Virus record (IMG/VR): IMGVR_UViG_3300049052_000033
Span: 8,365 to 72,364 of that record
DNA length: 64,000 bases
Origin: a virus
Lineage: Duplodnaviria; Caudoviricetes
Direction: 5' to 3' (one strand)
This document shows, one piece after another, positions 1 through 10,510 of the stretch. The translations under genes and the position numbers were made by a program. The notes under the pieces were generated by a model, which was not told the origin of the DNA, searched no databases, and was given only the letters and a program-made list of their open reading frames with translations. Each line of letters begins with the position of its first letter. The first letter of the stretch is position 1.

Positions 1-2
1 AG

Positions 3-1679
3 ACGCGCACCAAGTTTGTCAAGGAAAACGGCAAATGGGTCCACAAAACGGTCAGTTACGTGGTGCCGTTCGTCGAATATGTACCGCTCTGGCGGTGGTA
101 TCCGGACATGAGCGCGACGACGCTGGAAGACTGCCGCTACGTGTGGGAGCGCCATGGCATGACCCGGGCCGCCTTGGTCAAGCTGGCGCGCCGCAAGACG
201 TTCGACGGCCAGCGCATCCGCGACTATATCCTGACCCACCCGCACGGCCACCGCAGCGTGCAGCAATATGACAACGAACTGCGCCAGATCGGCGATCGCG
301 TGTCGACCAACACCAAAGACGACGGCCAGTACGACGTGCTGGAACGCTGGGGGTGGCTGGACGGCGAACAGCTCGCTGGCGCCGGCGTCCATGTGCCGCC
401 CGAGCGCATGCACGAAACGTTCTTCTCCAATGTCTGGATGCTGCCCAATGGACAGGTGATCAAGATCGCCCTGCAGCCTATCAACGGCGTGACCTGGCCA
501 TACCAGCTGTACTACGCGGACAAGGACGAGACCAGTATTTTTGGTGACGGCTTTGCAGCCATCATGCGCGACGACCAGACCATGATCAACGCGGGCACCC
601 GCATGATCCTCGACAACGCTGCGCTGACGGCCGGTCCGCAGCTGGAAGTGAACATGAAATTGCTGTCGCGCGGCGAACTGGCCGACGATATGTACCCGTT
701 CAAAATCTGGAAGCGCAATGGCGAGGACCCGTCCAACCCGGCCATCCGGGTGCTGACCATGCCGAACGGTCTGGAAGAACTTTTCCCGATCGTCAACATG
801 TTCAAGGAGAACGCGGACGACGTGACAGCGATCCCGCGCTATATGCAGGGCGAGAATGCCACCGCCGGCGCCGCCGCCACCGCGTCCGGCATGTCGATGC
901 TGATGGCCAACGCCTCCATCGTGATGAAGGACCTGATCGCCAACTACGACGAGGGCATTACCCGGCCGTTCATCCAGGCGCTGTATTACTGGAACATGCA
1001 GTTCAACCCGGACAACAGTTGCAAGGGCGACTTCGAAATCAAGGCGCGCGGCACTGCGTCGCTGATGGCGAAAGAGATCCGCGCACAGCAACTGAATAAC
1101 TTCGCCGCCACCATCGGGCCGGACGATGCTCCGTATATCAAGCGCGAAGAATTGCTGCGCCAACGGGCCGAAGCGCACGACCTGGCATCCATCATCAAGT
1201 CCGAAGAAGAAGTCAAGGCGGAACGCGACAGCGACGCAGCCAAGCAGCAGATGCAGATGGAGCAGCAGATGCAACAGCTGAACATGCTGACAGCGCAATT
1301 GCAGGCCAAGAAGCTGGAAGCGGAAGTCGCGCGCATCGGTGCCGACATGCAGCGCCTGCTGGCCCAGGCCACCAAGACCAACGTCGACGCCGCCTACGCA
1401 GGCATGCAGGCTGGCGGTGTCGCCACCGAGCGCCCGGAAGTGGCCCCGGCCGGTGACGCCATCCTGAAATCGGCTGGGTTCAAGGACCAGACTCCCGACG
1501 AGGGCACGCCGACCGGCGCCACCCCCATTGCGTCCTCTGATGGCGGCACGTCGCAGAACGCGGCGACGGCGCCGATCGAGGACCCGTCGGTACCGGTTCA
1601 GGACCGTGACCCCGCCGGCGGCCAGGTCGGTGCCAACGTCGGCGAACACGCCGGCTTCTACACCCCGGAAATCGAGTAA
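3..1679 (+). CDS. Portal (head-tail connector) protein, 5'-truncated by window edge
   Basis: Frame is open from base 3 (TRTKFVKENGKW...); podovirus portal-like sequence with Q-rich coiled-coil C-terminus; lies upstream of scaffold and capsid. Confidence 0.85.
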   Translation, partial: TRTKFVKENGKWVHKTVSYVVPFVEYVPLWRWYPDMSATTLEDCRYVWERHGMTRAALVKLARRKTFDGQRIRDYILTHPHGHRSVQQYDNELRQIGDRVSTNTKDDGQYDVLERWGWLDGEQLAGAGVHVPPERMHETFFSNVWMLPNGQVIKIALQPINGVTWPYQLYYADKDETSIFGDGFAAIMRDDQTMINAGTRMILDNAALTAGPQLEVNMKLLSRGELADDMYPFKIWKRNGEDPSNPAIRVLTMPNGLEELFPIVNMFKENADDVTAIPRYMQGENATAGAAATASGMSMLMANASIVMKDLIANYDEGITRPFIQALYYWNMQFNPDNSCKGDFEIKARGTASLMAKEIRAQQLNNFAATIGPDDAPYIKREELLRQRAEAHDLASIIKSEEEVKAERDSDAAKQQMQMEQQMQQLNMLTAQLQAKKLEAEVARIGADMQRLLAQATKTNVDAAYAGMQAGGVATERPEVAPAGDAILKSAGFKDQTPDEGTPTGATPIASSDGGTSQNAATAPIEDPSVPVQDRDPAGGQVGANVGEHAGFYTPEIE

Positions 1680-1921
1680 TGGATATCGATCGCACACCGC
1701 ACGCACTGGCACACGAACAGGAACGGCTGATGGCCCATGCCGGCAGTACCGCCCTGGCGCAAGCCGGACGGATGCTCGACGCGCTGTACCTGGACACGCT
1801 GGCAGAACTGGCCACCGTGCCCCCCGATCGATTGCAATTCAAGCAAGGCGCACTGGCCCAGATCAAGGCCGTGCGTCAGGTGCTGGCCGACCCCAGTGCC
1901 GAGAACAGTCCCAAGGCGTAA
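1679..1921 (+). CDS. Small head-module protein (80 aa)
   Basis: TAATG coupling to portal; helical small protein in usual position. Confidence 0.7.
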   Translation: MDIDRTPHALAHEQERLMAHAGSTALAQAGRMLDALYLDTLAELATVPPDRLQFKQGALAQIKAVRQVLADPSAENSPKA

Positions 1922-1923
1922 CG

Positions 1924-1961
1924 ACCCGCGCCACTCAGCCCGCCCAGCGCGGGTTTTTTTT
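1924..1961 (+). terminator. Intrinsic terminator-like hairpin
   Basis: ACCCGCG...CGCGGGT stem followed by T run; long loop lowers confidence. Confidence 0.5.
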
Positions 1962-1991
1962 CGCCCTGAAACCCCATAGGAGAACGCCAGC

Positions 1992-2936
1992 ATGGCTATT
2001 ACCACCGAAGATCAACTGAAACAGGATCGCGCCGACTTCGCCGACCAGTTCAACGCGGAAGACAAACCAAAAACCGTCCAGTCGGACGACGAGGCCTTCG
2101 GCCTGGCCGGCGACGCCGATGCCGGTAGCGGTGATGGCGCCACCGCTGGCGGCGACGAAGGCCAGGGCGATGCAGCCACTGCCGGCGCTGCCGGTGAAGG
2201 CGCCACCGCTGCGGCCGATACCAAACCGGACGAGAAAGCTGCCGCCCTGGCGGATCAGGAAAAGCAGCTGCGCGAACGCGAAGAACAGCTGGCGGCACGC
2301 GAAGCCGAACTGAAAGCCAAGGAGGCAGCGCTGGCTTCCGCCACCGTCGGCGAGCAGCAGACCAGTACCGATCCCGAAGCCAAGGATGGCAAGGGCGGCG
2401 AGAAGGACGACGACAGCGCCGGCGACGACGTCGAGAAGCTGCTGGGCGATGACTTCGGCCCCGAGTTTGTCTCCCTGCTGAAGCGCCTGATCAACAAGAC
2501 CGTCGGCACCAGCCTGCGTGACGGTCTGGATCCACTGCAAACCCGCGTCGAGAACCTGATTCAGGACCTGCAGACCGAGCGCCATACCAACCACTTCAAA
2601 GCCATTGCCAAGGCCCACGCCGACTGCAACGACATCGTGGAGTCGCCGGCGTTCCAGGACTGGCTCAACTGCCATAGCGGCCCCGAAAAGGCCAAGCTGG
2701 ACCGCGTCATCGACTCGGGCAGCGCCGACGAGATCATCGACATGCTGACGCAGTTCAAAGATGCCCAGAAAGCGGCCGCCGGCGTCGCAAATGACGCGTC
2801 CGGTACCGGCGACGACTCCGCCAGTGGTAACGATGCCGAGATTGACGCCGCCGAAGGTGTCCGCTCGACCAGCCTGCAGCTGCCCAAGGAACCTACCGGC
2901 GACGACGACTACGCACGTGCCTGGGCCGAGTCCTGA
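1992..2936 (+). CDS. Capsid scaffolding protein
   Basis: Highly acidic, coiled-coil 314 aa between portal and capsid; GGAG RBS. Confidence 0.75.
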   Translation: MAITTEDQLKQDRADFADQFNAEDKPKTVQSDDEAFGLAGDADAGSGDGATAGGDEGQGDAATAGAAGEGATAAADTKPDEKAAALADQEKQLREREEQLAAREAELKAKEAALASATVGEQQTSTDPEAKDGKGGEKDDDSAGDDVEKLLGDDFGPEFVSLLKRLINKTVGTSLRDGLDPLQTRVENLIQDLQTERHTNHFKAIAKAHADCNDIVESPAFQDWLNCHSGPEKAKLDRVIDSGSADEIIDMLTQFKDAQKAAAGVANDASGTGDDSASGNDAEIDAAEGVRSTSLQLPKEPTGDDDYARAWAES

Positions 2937-3108
2937 GCAACACCGTGCCAGTGCGTCTCACTGGCGACGCTGCTGTTGGCGCATCAACAGAAACCTCCCT
3001 CCACAGCCGACGGCATGACGCCTGGCCTGCGGCGCCCAGCCGGGCTCCGCAGCGCCCAGTCACGTCCGTGCACTTCAGCTGCGACTTCAATTCATAGGAA
3101 TCAACACA

Positions 3109-4110
3109 ATGGCAAACACCACCTACGGCGATATTTCGCCGCGTACCGCCGCTTATGCGGAGAAGGAGCTGCTGAAGCGCGCGCTCCCGTTCCTGGTGCT
3201 GGAAAAGTTCGGTCAGGCGAAGCCCCTGCCGGCTAACAACTCCAAAACCATCACCTTCCGCCGCTACACCGCGCTTGACAATACCCCGACCACCCTGACC
3301 GAAGGCGTCACCCCAGGTTCGCTGTCGATGCAGTCGACCGACGTCCCATGCGTGCTGTCGCAATACGGCTCCATGATCACCATCAGCGACGTCATCGTGG
3401 ACACCCACGAAGACAACATCCTGAACGAGGCCATCGAGCTACTGGGCGAGCAGGCCGCGCAGATGATCGAGCGCATGCGCTACGGCATTCTGCGTGCCGG
3501 CACCAATGTGGTCTACGCCAACGGCGCCGTGCGCAGCGCGGTCAATACACCGATCAGCCTGGCACTGCAGCGCAAAGTGGTGAAGGCCCTGAAGCGCCAG
3601 AACGCCGAACAGATCACCAAAGTGGTCCGTTCCACCGCCGCGTTCGGCACCGAATCGGTGGCCAAGGCGTTCATCGGCCTGTGCCACCCGGACTGTGAAG
3701 CGGATATCCGCAACATGCTGGGCGCCGACGGCAAGTCCTGCTTCACCCCGGTAGAAAAGTACGGCTCCATGTCCCCGTATGAAAACGAGTTCGGCAAGGT
3801 CGAAGACGTGCGCTACCTGTCGTCCACCATCTTCGCGCCATGGGCTGATGCCGGCGGCGCGAAAGGCACCATGACCTCCACCGGCGGCGCCAACGCCGAC
3901 GTCTACCCGATCCTGTACCTGGCGGCCAATGCCTACGCGATCGTGGCACTGAAAGGCATGTTCGCGCTGACTCCGATGGTGGTCAATCCGAAGCCATCCG
4001 ATTCCGACCCGATGGCGCAACGCGCCCGCGTGTCCTGGAAGGCCATGCAGGGCGCCGTCATCCTGAATGACGCCTGGATGTGCCGTCTGGAAGTCGGCGT
4101 CACCGCCTAA
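3109..4110 (+). CDS. Major capsid protein, N4-gp56 family
   Basis: N-terminus TTYGDISPRTAAYAEKELLKRA..LVLEKFGQAKPLP.N.SKTITFRRY characteristic of the family; ends RLEVGVTA. Confidence 0.92.
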   Translation: MANTTYGDISPRTAAYAEKELLKRALPFLVLEKFGQAKPLPANNSKTITFRRYTALDNTPTTLTEGVTPGSLSMQSTDVPCVLSQYGSMITISDVIVDTHEDNILNEAIELLGEQAAQMIERMRYGILRAGTNVVYANGAVRSAVNTPISLALQRKVVKALKRQNAEQITKVVRSTAAFGTESVAKAFIGLCHPDCEADIRNMLGADGKSCFTPVEKYGSMSPYENEFGKVEDVRYLSSTIFAPWADAGGAKGTMTSTGGANADVYPILYLAANAYAIVALKGMFALTPMVVNPKPSDSDPMAQRARVSWKAMQGAVILNDAWMCRLEVGVTA

Positions 4111-4125
4111 TCCATCCCCCTGAAA

Positions 4126-4150
4126 GCGCCCACTTCGGTGGGCGTTTTTT
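4126..4150 (+). terminator. Rho-independent terminator after capsid gene
   Basis: GCGCCCAC-TTCG-GTGGGCGT-TTTTT. Confidence 0.85.
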
Positions 4151-4170
4151 CCTGACAAGAGAGAACCACC

Positions 4171-4524
4171 ATGGCTAAGAATACCTCCGCTGTAACCACC
4201 CTTGACGACGAACCGAGCACCGAGCTGGCCGCCGCCGCAAAACCTTCCAACGAACTGCCGGTCACCGACCACGGCGGCAACTTTTCCGGCAAGCGCCTGC
4301 GCCTGACCATCCAATCCGGTGAAGGCGTCGTCGGCCGTCAGGCCGTGTTTGTCGGCGTGAATACCGTCGGCTTCAACATTCCACGCGACACCCCGGTCAT
4401 CGTGCCGGAAGAAGTCGTGCAGCAGCTGAAAAACTGCGTGCAGGTCGTCTACGAACCGGACGAGAAGGGCGTGCAGCGCGAACGCGAAGTGTCGCGCTTC
4501 TCCATTACGGTCGAGCCGGTCTAA
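4171..4524 (+). CDS. Hypothetical virion-module protein (117 aa)
   Basis: ORF with RBS after capsid terminator. Confidence 0.7.
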   Translation: MAKNTSAVTTLDDEPSTELAAAAKPSNELPVTDHGGNFSGKRLRLTIQSGEGVVGRQAVFVGVNTVGFNIPRDTPVIVPEEVVQQLKNCVQVVYEPDEKGVQREREVSRFSITVEPV

Positions 4525-4530
4525 TCGCCC

Positions 4531-5160
4531 ATGGCCAGCCTGTCCGACTTCCTGCCGCACGTGCTGCCCCATGTCCCGGGCTGCGCCGTGCCCCTTGCCC
4601 TGCAGCAGATCCGCCACGTGTGCATCGACTTCTGTACCAAGGCGCCCATCGTGCAGGTCGAGCTGGACCCGATCGACGTGCTAGCCGGACAGGCCCAGTA
4701 CGACATTGACACCCCGCCCGGTACCGACGTCAGCCTGATCCTAACTGCCACGTGGCGCGGTCTCCCGCTGCCGGTGCTCACCGGCGGCAAGGCTGGACAG
4801 ATCCTGGCCAACCGCCCCACCGGACAACCAAGCGGGCTGGTCCAGGCGGCCGACAACACCTTCACGCTGAACAGCACGCCAACTGAAGCCCAGCGTGGCG
4901 CCATCGGCCTGCTGGTCTCCACACGACCAACGCGCACCGCCATGAGCGTGGCCGACGTTCTGCTGAACGACTACGCCCACGAAATCGGGCTGGGGGTAGT
5001 GGCCCGGCTGGTGGTCCTTCCAGGGCAACCTTTCAGCGCCCCGGGCAACGCCGCGTATTACAAAGGCGAGTACGAGCGCGCCCGGACCGAAGCCCGCATC
5101 GAGGCCGAACGCAGCTTCGGTGCCGCCTCGCACCAGGTGCGCCCGCGCGCCTTCCAGTAG
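4531..5160 (+). CDS. Head-tail adaptor-like protein
   Basis: FLPHVLPHVPGC..PLALQQIRHVCIDFC motif typical of podovirus adaptors; position. Confidence 0.65.
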   Translation: MASLSDFLPHVLPHVPGCAVPLALQQIRHVCIDFCTKAPIVQVELDPIDVLAGQAQYDIDTPPGTDVSLILTATWRGLPLPVLTGGKAGQILANRPTGQPSGLVQAADNTFTLNSTPTEAQRGAIGLLVSTRPTRTAMSVADVLLNDYAHEIGLGVVARLVVLPGQPFSAPGNAAYYKGEYERARTEARIEAERSFGAASHQVRPRAFQ

Positions 5161-5206
5161 CGCCACGGGCACCGGCGCGCCCCTCCATTTCAAAGAAGGA
5201 AACCCC

Positions 5207-5809
5207 ATGGGAACCGTTACCGCCCGCAGCGTGCTCCGGCGCGTCGGCGTCCTGCTGCACGACACCAGCTTTGTGCACTGGACCGAATCCGAACTGCTGG
5301 ACTACTTGTGCGACGGCCAGCGCGAAGCCGTCATTCACAAACCGAGCGCCTTCGTTCGCCAGGTCGAATTCGTCTGCGCCGCCGGCACCTTGCAAACCTT
5401 GCCCGTCGATGCCAACACCCTCGTGGATATCCCGTGCAACACCAATGGGCCAGCCATCAGCGTCACGGCACGCACCGCGCTCGACAGCCTGGCGCCTGAC
5501 TGGCACCAACACAAAGCAGACCCACAGGTCCTGCACTTTTGCTACAACCCGCAAGATCCCAAGCACTTCTACGTCTACCCCCGCTCACCTGGTGGCAACC
5601 GCATCCAGCTGAGCTACAACGCCGTCCCGCCGGACATCGGCATCGATGCGCCGCTCACGCTGGACGACCTGTATGTCGGCGCCCTGGTCGATTACGTCAT
5701 CTACCGCGCCTATAGCAAAGACAGCGAGCACGCGGCCCACGGCGACGCAGCACAGCGCCATTACGGCGCCTTCCTGACCTCCTTGGTCGGCAAAACCAAA
5801 GCAACCTAG
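5207..5809 (+). CDS. Phage adaptor protein (DUF6682-like)
   Basis: LLHD..FVHWTESELLDYLCDGQREAV..KP motif; AAGGA RBS before ATG 5207. Confidence 0.65.
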   Translation: MGTVTARSVLRRVGVLLHDTSFVHWTESELLDYLCDGQREAVIHKPSAFVRQVEFVCAAGTLQTLPVDANTLVDIPCNTNGPAISVTARTALDSLAPDWHQHKADPQVLHFCYNPQDPKHFYVYPRSPGGNRIQLSYNAVPPDIGIDAPLTLDDLYVGALVDYVIYRAYSKDSEHAAHGDAAQRHYGAFLTSLVGKTKAT

Positions 5810-5822
5810 TTGAGGGCATTCC

Positions 5823-6404
5823 GTGGTCACTACCGTAAAAGTCACCTGCCTGGCACGCGGGCAAGACGGCTCCCCCGTTCCCGGAGCGATTGTCAACGCC
5901 AAGCTTTCGGGTGTGGAGGTCGATAGCGCCGCAGGATATGTGCTGCCCAAGCAGGTCACCGCGATCGCGGATGCCAGCGGCATCGCCGTCCTGTCCCTCT
6001 GGCCCAATCAGCTGGGGTCAACCGCCACATTCTACGAAGTCAAGATCACCAACCCCGTGACCGGCAAGACAGTCAGGGTCGACGCAACGATTCCCAACGC
6101 CGATTGCCAGCTGCACCTGGTGGCCAATCTGCCACCGTATGAAGGCAAACCCGATGGGCAGCTCGCCGTGGACGCCGCGGCGCAAAGTGCCAATTCGGCT
6201 AACGCCGCTGCCCTCACTGCCGTTGCGGCTCGGGACGCTACGCAGGCCCTCCTGGCCTCGCCGCTCGCCCTCACCAATCAAACCACCACCACAACCGTTG
6301 GCACCGCCGGCGCCGCTGCGCCGTTGCCCGCAACACCGCTGGGCTACTGGACTACAACCTTCAACGGCATCGCGGTCAAGATCCCTTTCTATAAAGCCGA
6401 GTAG
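5823..6404 (+). CDS. Short fibre/tail appendage sharing N-terminal domain with the long fibre
   Basis: GTG start, GAGG RBS; first ~135 aa closely parallel 6461..9253 (LSLWPNQLG, VANLPPYEGKPDGQLA). Confidence 0.8.
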   Translation: MVTTVKVTCLARGQDGSPVPGAIVNAKLSGVEVDSAAGYVLPKQVTAIADASGIAVLSLWPNQLGSTATFYEVKITNPVTGKTVRVDATIPNADCQLHLVANLPPYEGKPDGQLAVDAAAQSANSANAAALTAVAARDATQALLASPLALTNQTTTTTVGTAGAAAPLPATPLGYWTTTFNGIAVKIPFYKAE

Positions 6405-6460
6405 TTGGCGACGGGAAGGCCAATGGCTGCGCTGCGCTAACCAATTTTTGAGGCAATTCT

Positions 6461-9253
6461 TTGGTAACTACCGTTAAAGTCACCATCTTGGCCAGCGAGC
6501 AGGATGGCATGCCGATCGCGGGCGCCGTTGTCACGGCCAAACTTTCGGGGCTGGAAGTCGATGCCGTTGCGGGCTACATTCTGCCCCACCAGATGACGGC
6601 AACGGCTGACGCCCAAGGCGTTGCCGTGCTGTCGCTGTGGCCGAACCAGCTTGGCAACACCGAGACGTTCTACGAGTTCAAGATCACCGATCCCGCTACG
6701 GGCAAGTCCGCGCGTATCCAGGCCAGCATTCCAAACGGCGATTGCAAACTCCACATGGTGGCGAACCTGCCGCCGTATGAAGGCAAGCCGGATGGCCAGC
6801 TGGCCGCCGATGCGGCGGCAGCCAACGCAGTCATCGCAGCGAATGCGGCGAACACTGCCGTGGCGGCGCGTGACATTGCTACCGCTGCGCGGGATATTGT
6901 GGTGCCGGCACAAGACACCGCTGTCGCTGCCGCCAACAGCGCCGCGGCAAGCGAGGCAAGCGCTTTCGCATCCAAGAATGCAGCCGGTGCGTCCGCCGCG
7001 GGCGCCGCCGCCAGCGAAGTCAATGCGCTTGCGTCCAAGAACGCCGCGAACACGGCCGCCGCCAACGCTGCAACCAGCGAGGCGAATGCCCTGGCGTCGA
7101 AAAACACCGCTGTTTCCTCTGCCACCAATGCGGCCACCAGCGAGGCGAGCGCGCTGTCGTCCAAGAATGCCGCCGCGGCCTCGGCCACTGGTGCCTCTAC
7201 GTCCGCGACCAACGCCGCAGGATCGGCGACCGCTGCCGCTGGGGCGGCCACCACCGCCACGACAAAGGCCGACGAGGCAGCGGCTTCCGCTACCGCTGCC
7301 GCCACGTCGGCGCAGCAGGCCGCCATCGCCGCCGCCGGCCAAGTGCAAGCCGATTGGTCGCTAACCGATGCCTCCAACAAAGGGTTCATCAAGAACAAGC
7401 CGGCCCTGGCGGCGGTGGCTACGAGCGGGAACAAGGCGGACATTGGGCTGGGTAGTGTCGACAATACGCCGGATGCAAACAAACCGGTTTCTGGACCGAC
7501 TCAGACCGCGCTCAACGCCAAAGTCAATTCGTCGCTGCTTGGCGCCGCAAACGGCGTGGCGACGCTCGGTTCGGACGGCAAAGTGCCGGCAGGACAGTTA
7601 CCATCCTATGTGGACGATGTAATCGAAGTTGCGACGAAGTCCGCGCTTCCGGCCACCGGCGAAACCAGCAAGATCTATGTGGTCATCACCGACGAATCGC
7701 GCGGCGGGGCAACCTCGCAGTACCGTTGGTCTGGGACGGCGTATACCCGCATCCCGACCTCTCCTGGTTCGACCGATGAAGTGCCAGAAGGCTCCACCAA
7801 CCGGTATTTCACGGAAAGCCGCGTGATTGCGGCCCTCTTGACGGGCCTGTCCACCGCCACCAATGCAGTCATTGGCGCCGGGGACTCGATCCTCGTAGGC
7901 ATAGGGAAACTGCAAGCGCAGATCACCGCAGCGCTGGCGTCGATCGCCACCAAGGCGGCGAAGGGCGCAAATACCGATATCACCTCGTTGGCAGGGCTGA
8001 ATAGCGTAGAAATCAACGCTGCCGTCCCATACATCTACCTGAACGAAACGGACCAGTCGGGTAGCGTGGGCAAGTGGCGCATCCTCGCGGAGGGCGGGGC
8101 ATTCCGGATCGACATGAACACGGCAGCGGCCCGGGACTTCTCGACGGCGGCGAATAGCCTGCTAACCATCGACTCATCGGGGAAGTGCACCACCAATGGC
8201 AGCGTTGTGCAGGGCGGTGGAGCGGCACAAGGCAACAACCGGATCTACCTCGGGTGGGGTAACGTCAACGGAGGACTGAAATGCACCGTCGATGCGACCG
8301 ACCAGGGATTCATTCCATTTTCTGGTAGCAATCCTGCCGTCAATGGGGCCAATTTTGGCTTTGCCGCGACGTACACCGGTCTGTTGGCAGCCAACGGCGG
8401 GCTAACCGCCTCCGGGAATACCATCCTGAGCAATGGCAACTCGCTGGCCTTAACCGTGAATGGCAATGCTCAAATCAACTACGGCATGCAAGTACAGGGC
8501 GCGCCAGCTGCATACTTCACTTGCGGTGGGCTTCTGTCTTCCATCGGCGGAACCGGGATGGTACAGACAGGCACAACCGCTGGCCTGAACATCGTCTATG
8601 ACTACCAGGCTATTCAGGCACGTAACAACGGTGCGGCATCAACGCTCGTCCTGAACTATTACGGCGGCGCGGTGAATGTCTACTCTGGTGGACTGAACGT
8701 CTACAGCGGTAATGGCATCTACACCACTGGTCCTTCGTTCGCGGATGGTTGGGGTTACTTCCGCGCCACCACAGACGTAAAGATCGGATTGTATCGCGGT
8801 GGCGCGCAGTCAGAGGGATACATCGGCGCCAGTGTCGGAAACAATTTCTGCTTTATTGCGATCAATAAGGACAACACCGCCTACCGCTTCGCCGTCGATA
8901 ACAACGGCAATACGGTAGCGTGGGGGAACGTCACCGCGTACTCCGACGAACGTCTGAAGGCCAACTGGCGTGACCTCGGCCCGGGTTTTATTGAGAAATG
9001 GTCCAAGGTTCGATATGGGGTGTTTGACCGTAAGGACATCCGTCTTACACAGGTTGGCCTCTCGGCGCAGTCAGTGCGGGCCGTCCTTCCCTACGCCGTG
9101 GACAGGCAAGTGAACGGCTATCTGTCCGTGAACTACGGCCCTGCCGCGGCGGTGGCTACTGTCGAACTGGCGAAGGAAGTTATCGCACTGCGCTCTCGCC
9201 TGGACGCGCAAGAAAAACTAATCAAAAAACTGATGAAGAAGGTTCGGATCTGA
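6461..9253 (+). CDS. Long tail fibre with Ala-rich repeats and C-terminal S74-type intramolecular chaperone
   Basis: TTG start with GAGG RBS; repeated AAxSExNALASKNAA units; GNVTAYSDERLKAN chaperone signature near 8930-8970. Confidence 0.88.
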   Translation: MVTTVKVTILASEQDGMPIAGAVVTAKLSGLEVDAVAGYILPHQMTATADAQGVAVLSLWPNQLGNTETFYEFKITDPATGKSARIQASIPNGDCKLHMVANLPPYEGKPDGQLAADAAAANAVIAANAANTAVAARDIATAARDIVVPAQDTAVAAANSAAASEASAFASKNAAGASAAGAAASEVNALASKNAANTAAANAATSEANALASKNTAVSSATNAATSEASALSSKNAAAASATGASTSATNAAGSATAAAGAATTATTKADEAAASATAAATSAQQAAIAAAGQVQADWSLTDASNKGFIKNKPALAAVATSGNKADIGLGSVDNTPDANKPVSGPTQTALNAKVNSSLLGAANGVATLGSDGKVPAGQLPSYVDDVIEVATKSALPATGETSKIYVVITDESRGGATSQYRWSGTAYTRIPTSPGSTDEVPEGSTNRYFTESRVIAALLTGLSTATNAVIGAGDSILVGIGKLQAQITAALASIATKAAKGANTDITSLAGLNSVEINAAVPYIYLNETDQSGSVGKWRILAEGGAFRIDMNTAAARDFSTAANSLLTIDSSGKCTTNGSVVQGGGAAQGNNRIYLGWGNVNGGLKCTVDATDQGFIPFSGSNPAVNGANFGFAATYTGLLAANGGLTASGNTILSNGNSLALTVNGNAQINYGMQVQGAPAAYFTCGGLLSSIGGTGMVQTGTTAGLNIVYDYQAIQARNNGAASTLVLNYYGGAVNVYSGGLNVYSGNGIYTTGPSFADGWGYFRATTDVKIGLYRGGAQSEGYIGASVGNNFCFIAINKDNTAYRFAVDNNGNTVAWGNVTAYSDERLKANWRDLGPGFIEKWSKVRYGVFDRKDIRLTQVGLSAQSVRAVLPYAVDRQVNGYLSVNYGPAAAVATVELAKEVIALRSRLDAQEKLIKKLMKKVRI

Positions 9254-10014
9254 TGGCGATCACGACAGAAGTCTCCAGCATTACAACGATGCTCGATGCC
9301 AGGCGAAATCTTGAAATGATTAGCTTCATTGTGGTTGCCTGGGACAGTTATTCGAAAGAAAAGTACGAACTCCCCGTGGTCAAGCTGGGCGGGTTGCCAA
9401 CGCCGGAGGCCGGCCTCACGCAGATTCCCGATCCTCGCCCGCCCAATGGCGAAGAACCACAAATGATCGAGGTGAGCTTGCCCTACACGCAAGGCGAAAT
9501 TGACCGCATCGTCGAGGCGGTCATCACCGAACAAAACGCCCGTGAACGCGCAGCAGGCTTCCTGCAGGTCAAGCTCGTCAATCCTGCCAACCCGCATGGC
9601 GGATATCCGATGATGCCTTCGCCGGTACCGCCAGCCACCGACTGGGAGTGCAAAGCAGTGTGGATCCGGCAGGTGGATAACTCGGTGGCGGCTGTGTTCA
9701 GCAAGTGGACGCGCTTCCAGATGGAGTACGAACAGAGGGAGAAAGCGGCGCTGGCGTTCAAAAATAGCGGCTATGCCGGCGCGCCGTCCCTCTGGATCAC
9801 GAGCTTTGCCGAGCCGGTTGGCCTCTCCAACAGAGTCGCCACCGACTTGATCTTGGCGCAGGCCCAGCGCCTTCGTAAAGCGATTGAACAGCTGGGCGTC
9901 CAGCGCATGAGCAAGTATCGGATTCTGAATGCTGCGTCGATTGCGGAGGCAGAAACGGAATTCAATATGATTATCAACGCGGTGATCCAGATTGACACCG
10001 GGCTGGCAGCATGA
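9253..10014 (+). CDS. Tail fibre assembly-like protein
   Basis: Coupled to fibre stop; helical C-terminal half resembling fibre-associated chaperones. Confidence 0.55.
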   Translation: MAITTEVSSITTMLDARRNLEMISFIVVAWDSYSKEKYELPVVKLGGLPTPEAGLTQIPDPRPPNGEEPQMIEVSLPYTQGEIDRIVEAVITEQNARERAAGFLQVKLVNPANPHGGYPMMPSPVPPATDWECKAVWIRQVDNSVAAVFSKWTRFQMEYEQREKAALAFKNSGYAGAPSLWITSFAEPVGLSNRVATDLILAQAQRLRKAIEQLGVQRMSKYRILNAASIAEAETEFNMIINAVIQIDTGLAA

Positions 10015-10490
10015 CACTGCCGACCGGAAGCATCAGCTTGTGGGAAGTCAATATTGAGTTGGGCCGACCGGGAGGGCAGTCAATCAGCTTGAACGATTCT
10101 GCGGTCCGGGCGCTCTCGGGACAGCCTGGTGGTGCAGTGGACATGTATAGCTTGCGGGGCAAGTCCAGCTACACGCCGATGACGGTCACACCGATCTCTG
10201 ACTACCAGTCCTATTACAGCGCCGACTCCGGCGGCACGGCAGCTGCTAATCCGTCCGTTTCTGTGACTGGCGGGTCTGGCGGGTACAGCTACAGCTGGAG
10301 CTTCGTCAGCAATTCAAGCGGGCTGACGATGAACGGCGGCAATTACAACGTGTGTTCCGTCTACAAGACCTATAACAGGTACTCGATGGGCAGTTGGGGC
10401 GCTACGTTGCAATGTGTGGTGACCGACAACACAGGTCACAGTGTCGCGGTCCAGGTGAATTGCGGGGCGGATTGGGACGACGGACGATGA
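10011..10490 (+). CDS. gp38-like fibre-tip adhesin
   Basis: N-terminus TLPTGSISLWEVNIELGR...SISLND..VRAL...G.V.M..LRGKS typical of gp38-type adhesins; Gly/Ser/Tyr-rich C-terminus. Confidence 0.65.
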   Translation: MTLPTGSISLWEVNIELGRPGGQSISLNDSAVRALSGQPGGAVDMYSLRGKSSYTPMTVTPISDYQSYYSADSGGTAAANPSVSVTGGSGGYSYSWSFVSNSSGLTMNGGNYNVCSVYKTYNRYSMGSWGATLQCVVTDNTGHSVAVQVNCGADWDDGR

Positions 10491-10510
10491 AACAGAAAGG
10501 AGTAAAGCAG

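Noticed and set aside
6900-7320. Ala-rich repeats as a separate repeat element
   Set aside because: Ordinary coiled-coil repeats of tail fibre shaft
6461-10490. Diversity-generating retroelement or invertible tail-fibre switch
   Set aside because: No reverse transcriptase, TR/VR pair, serine invertase or inverted fibre cassette in the window
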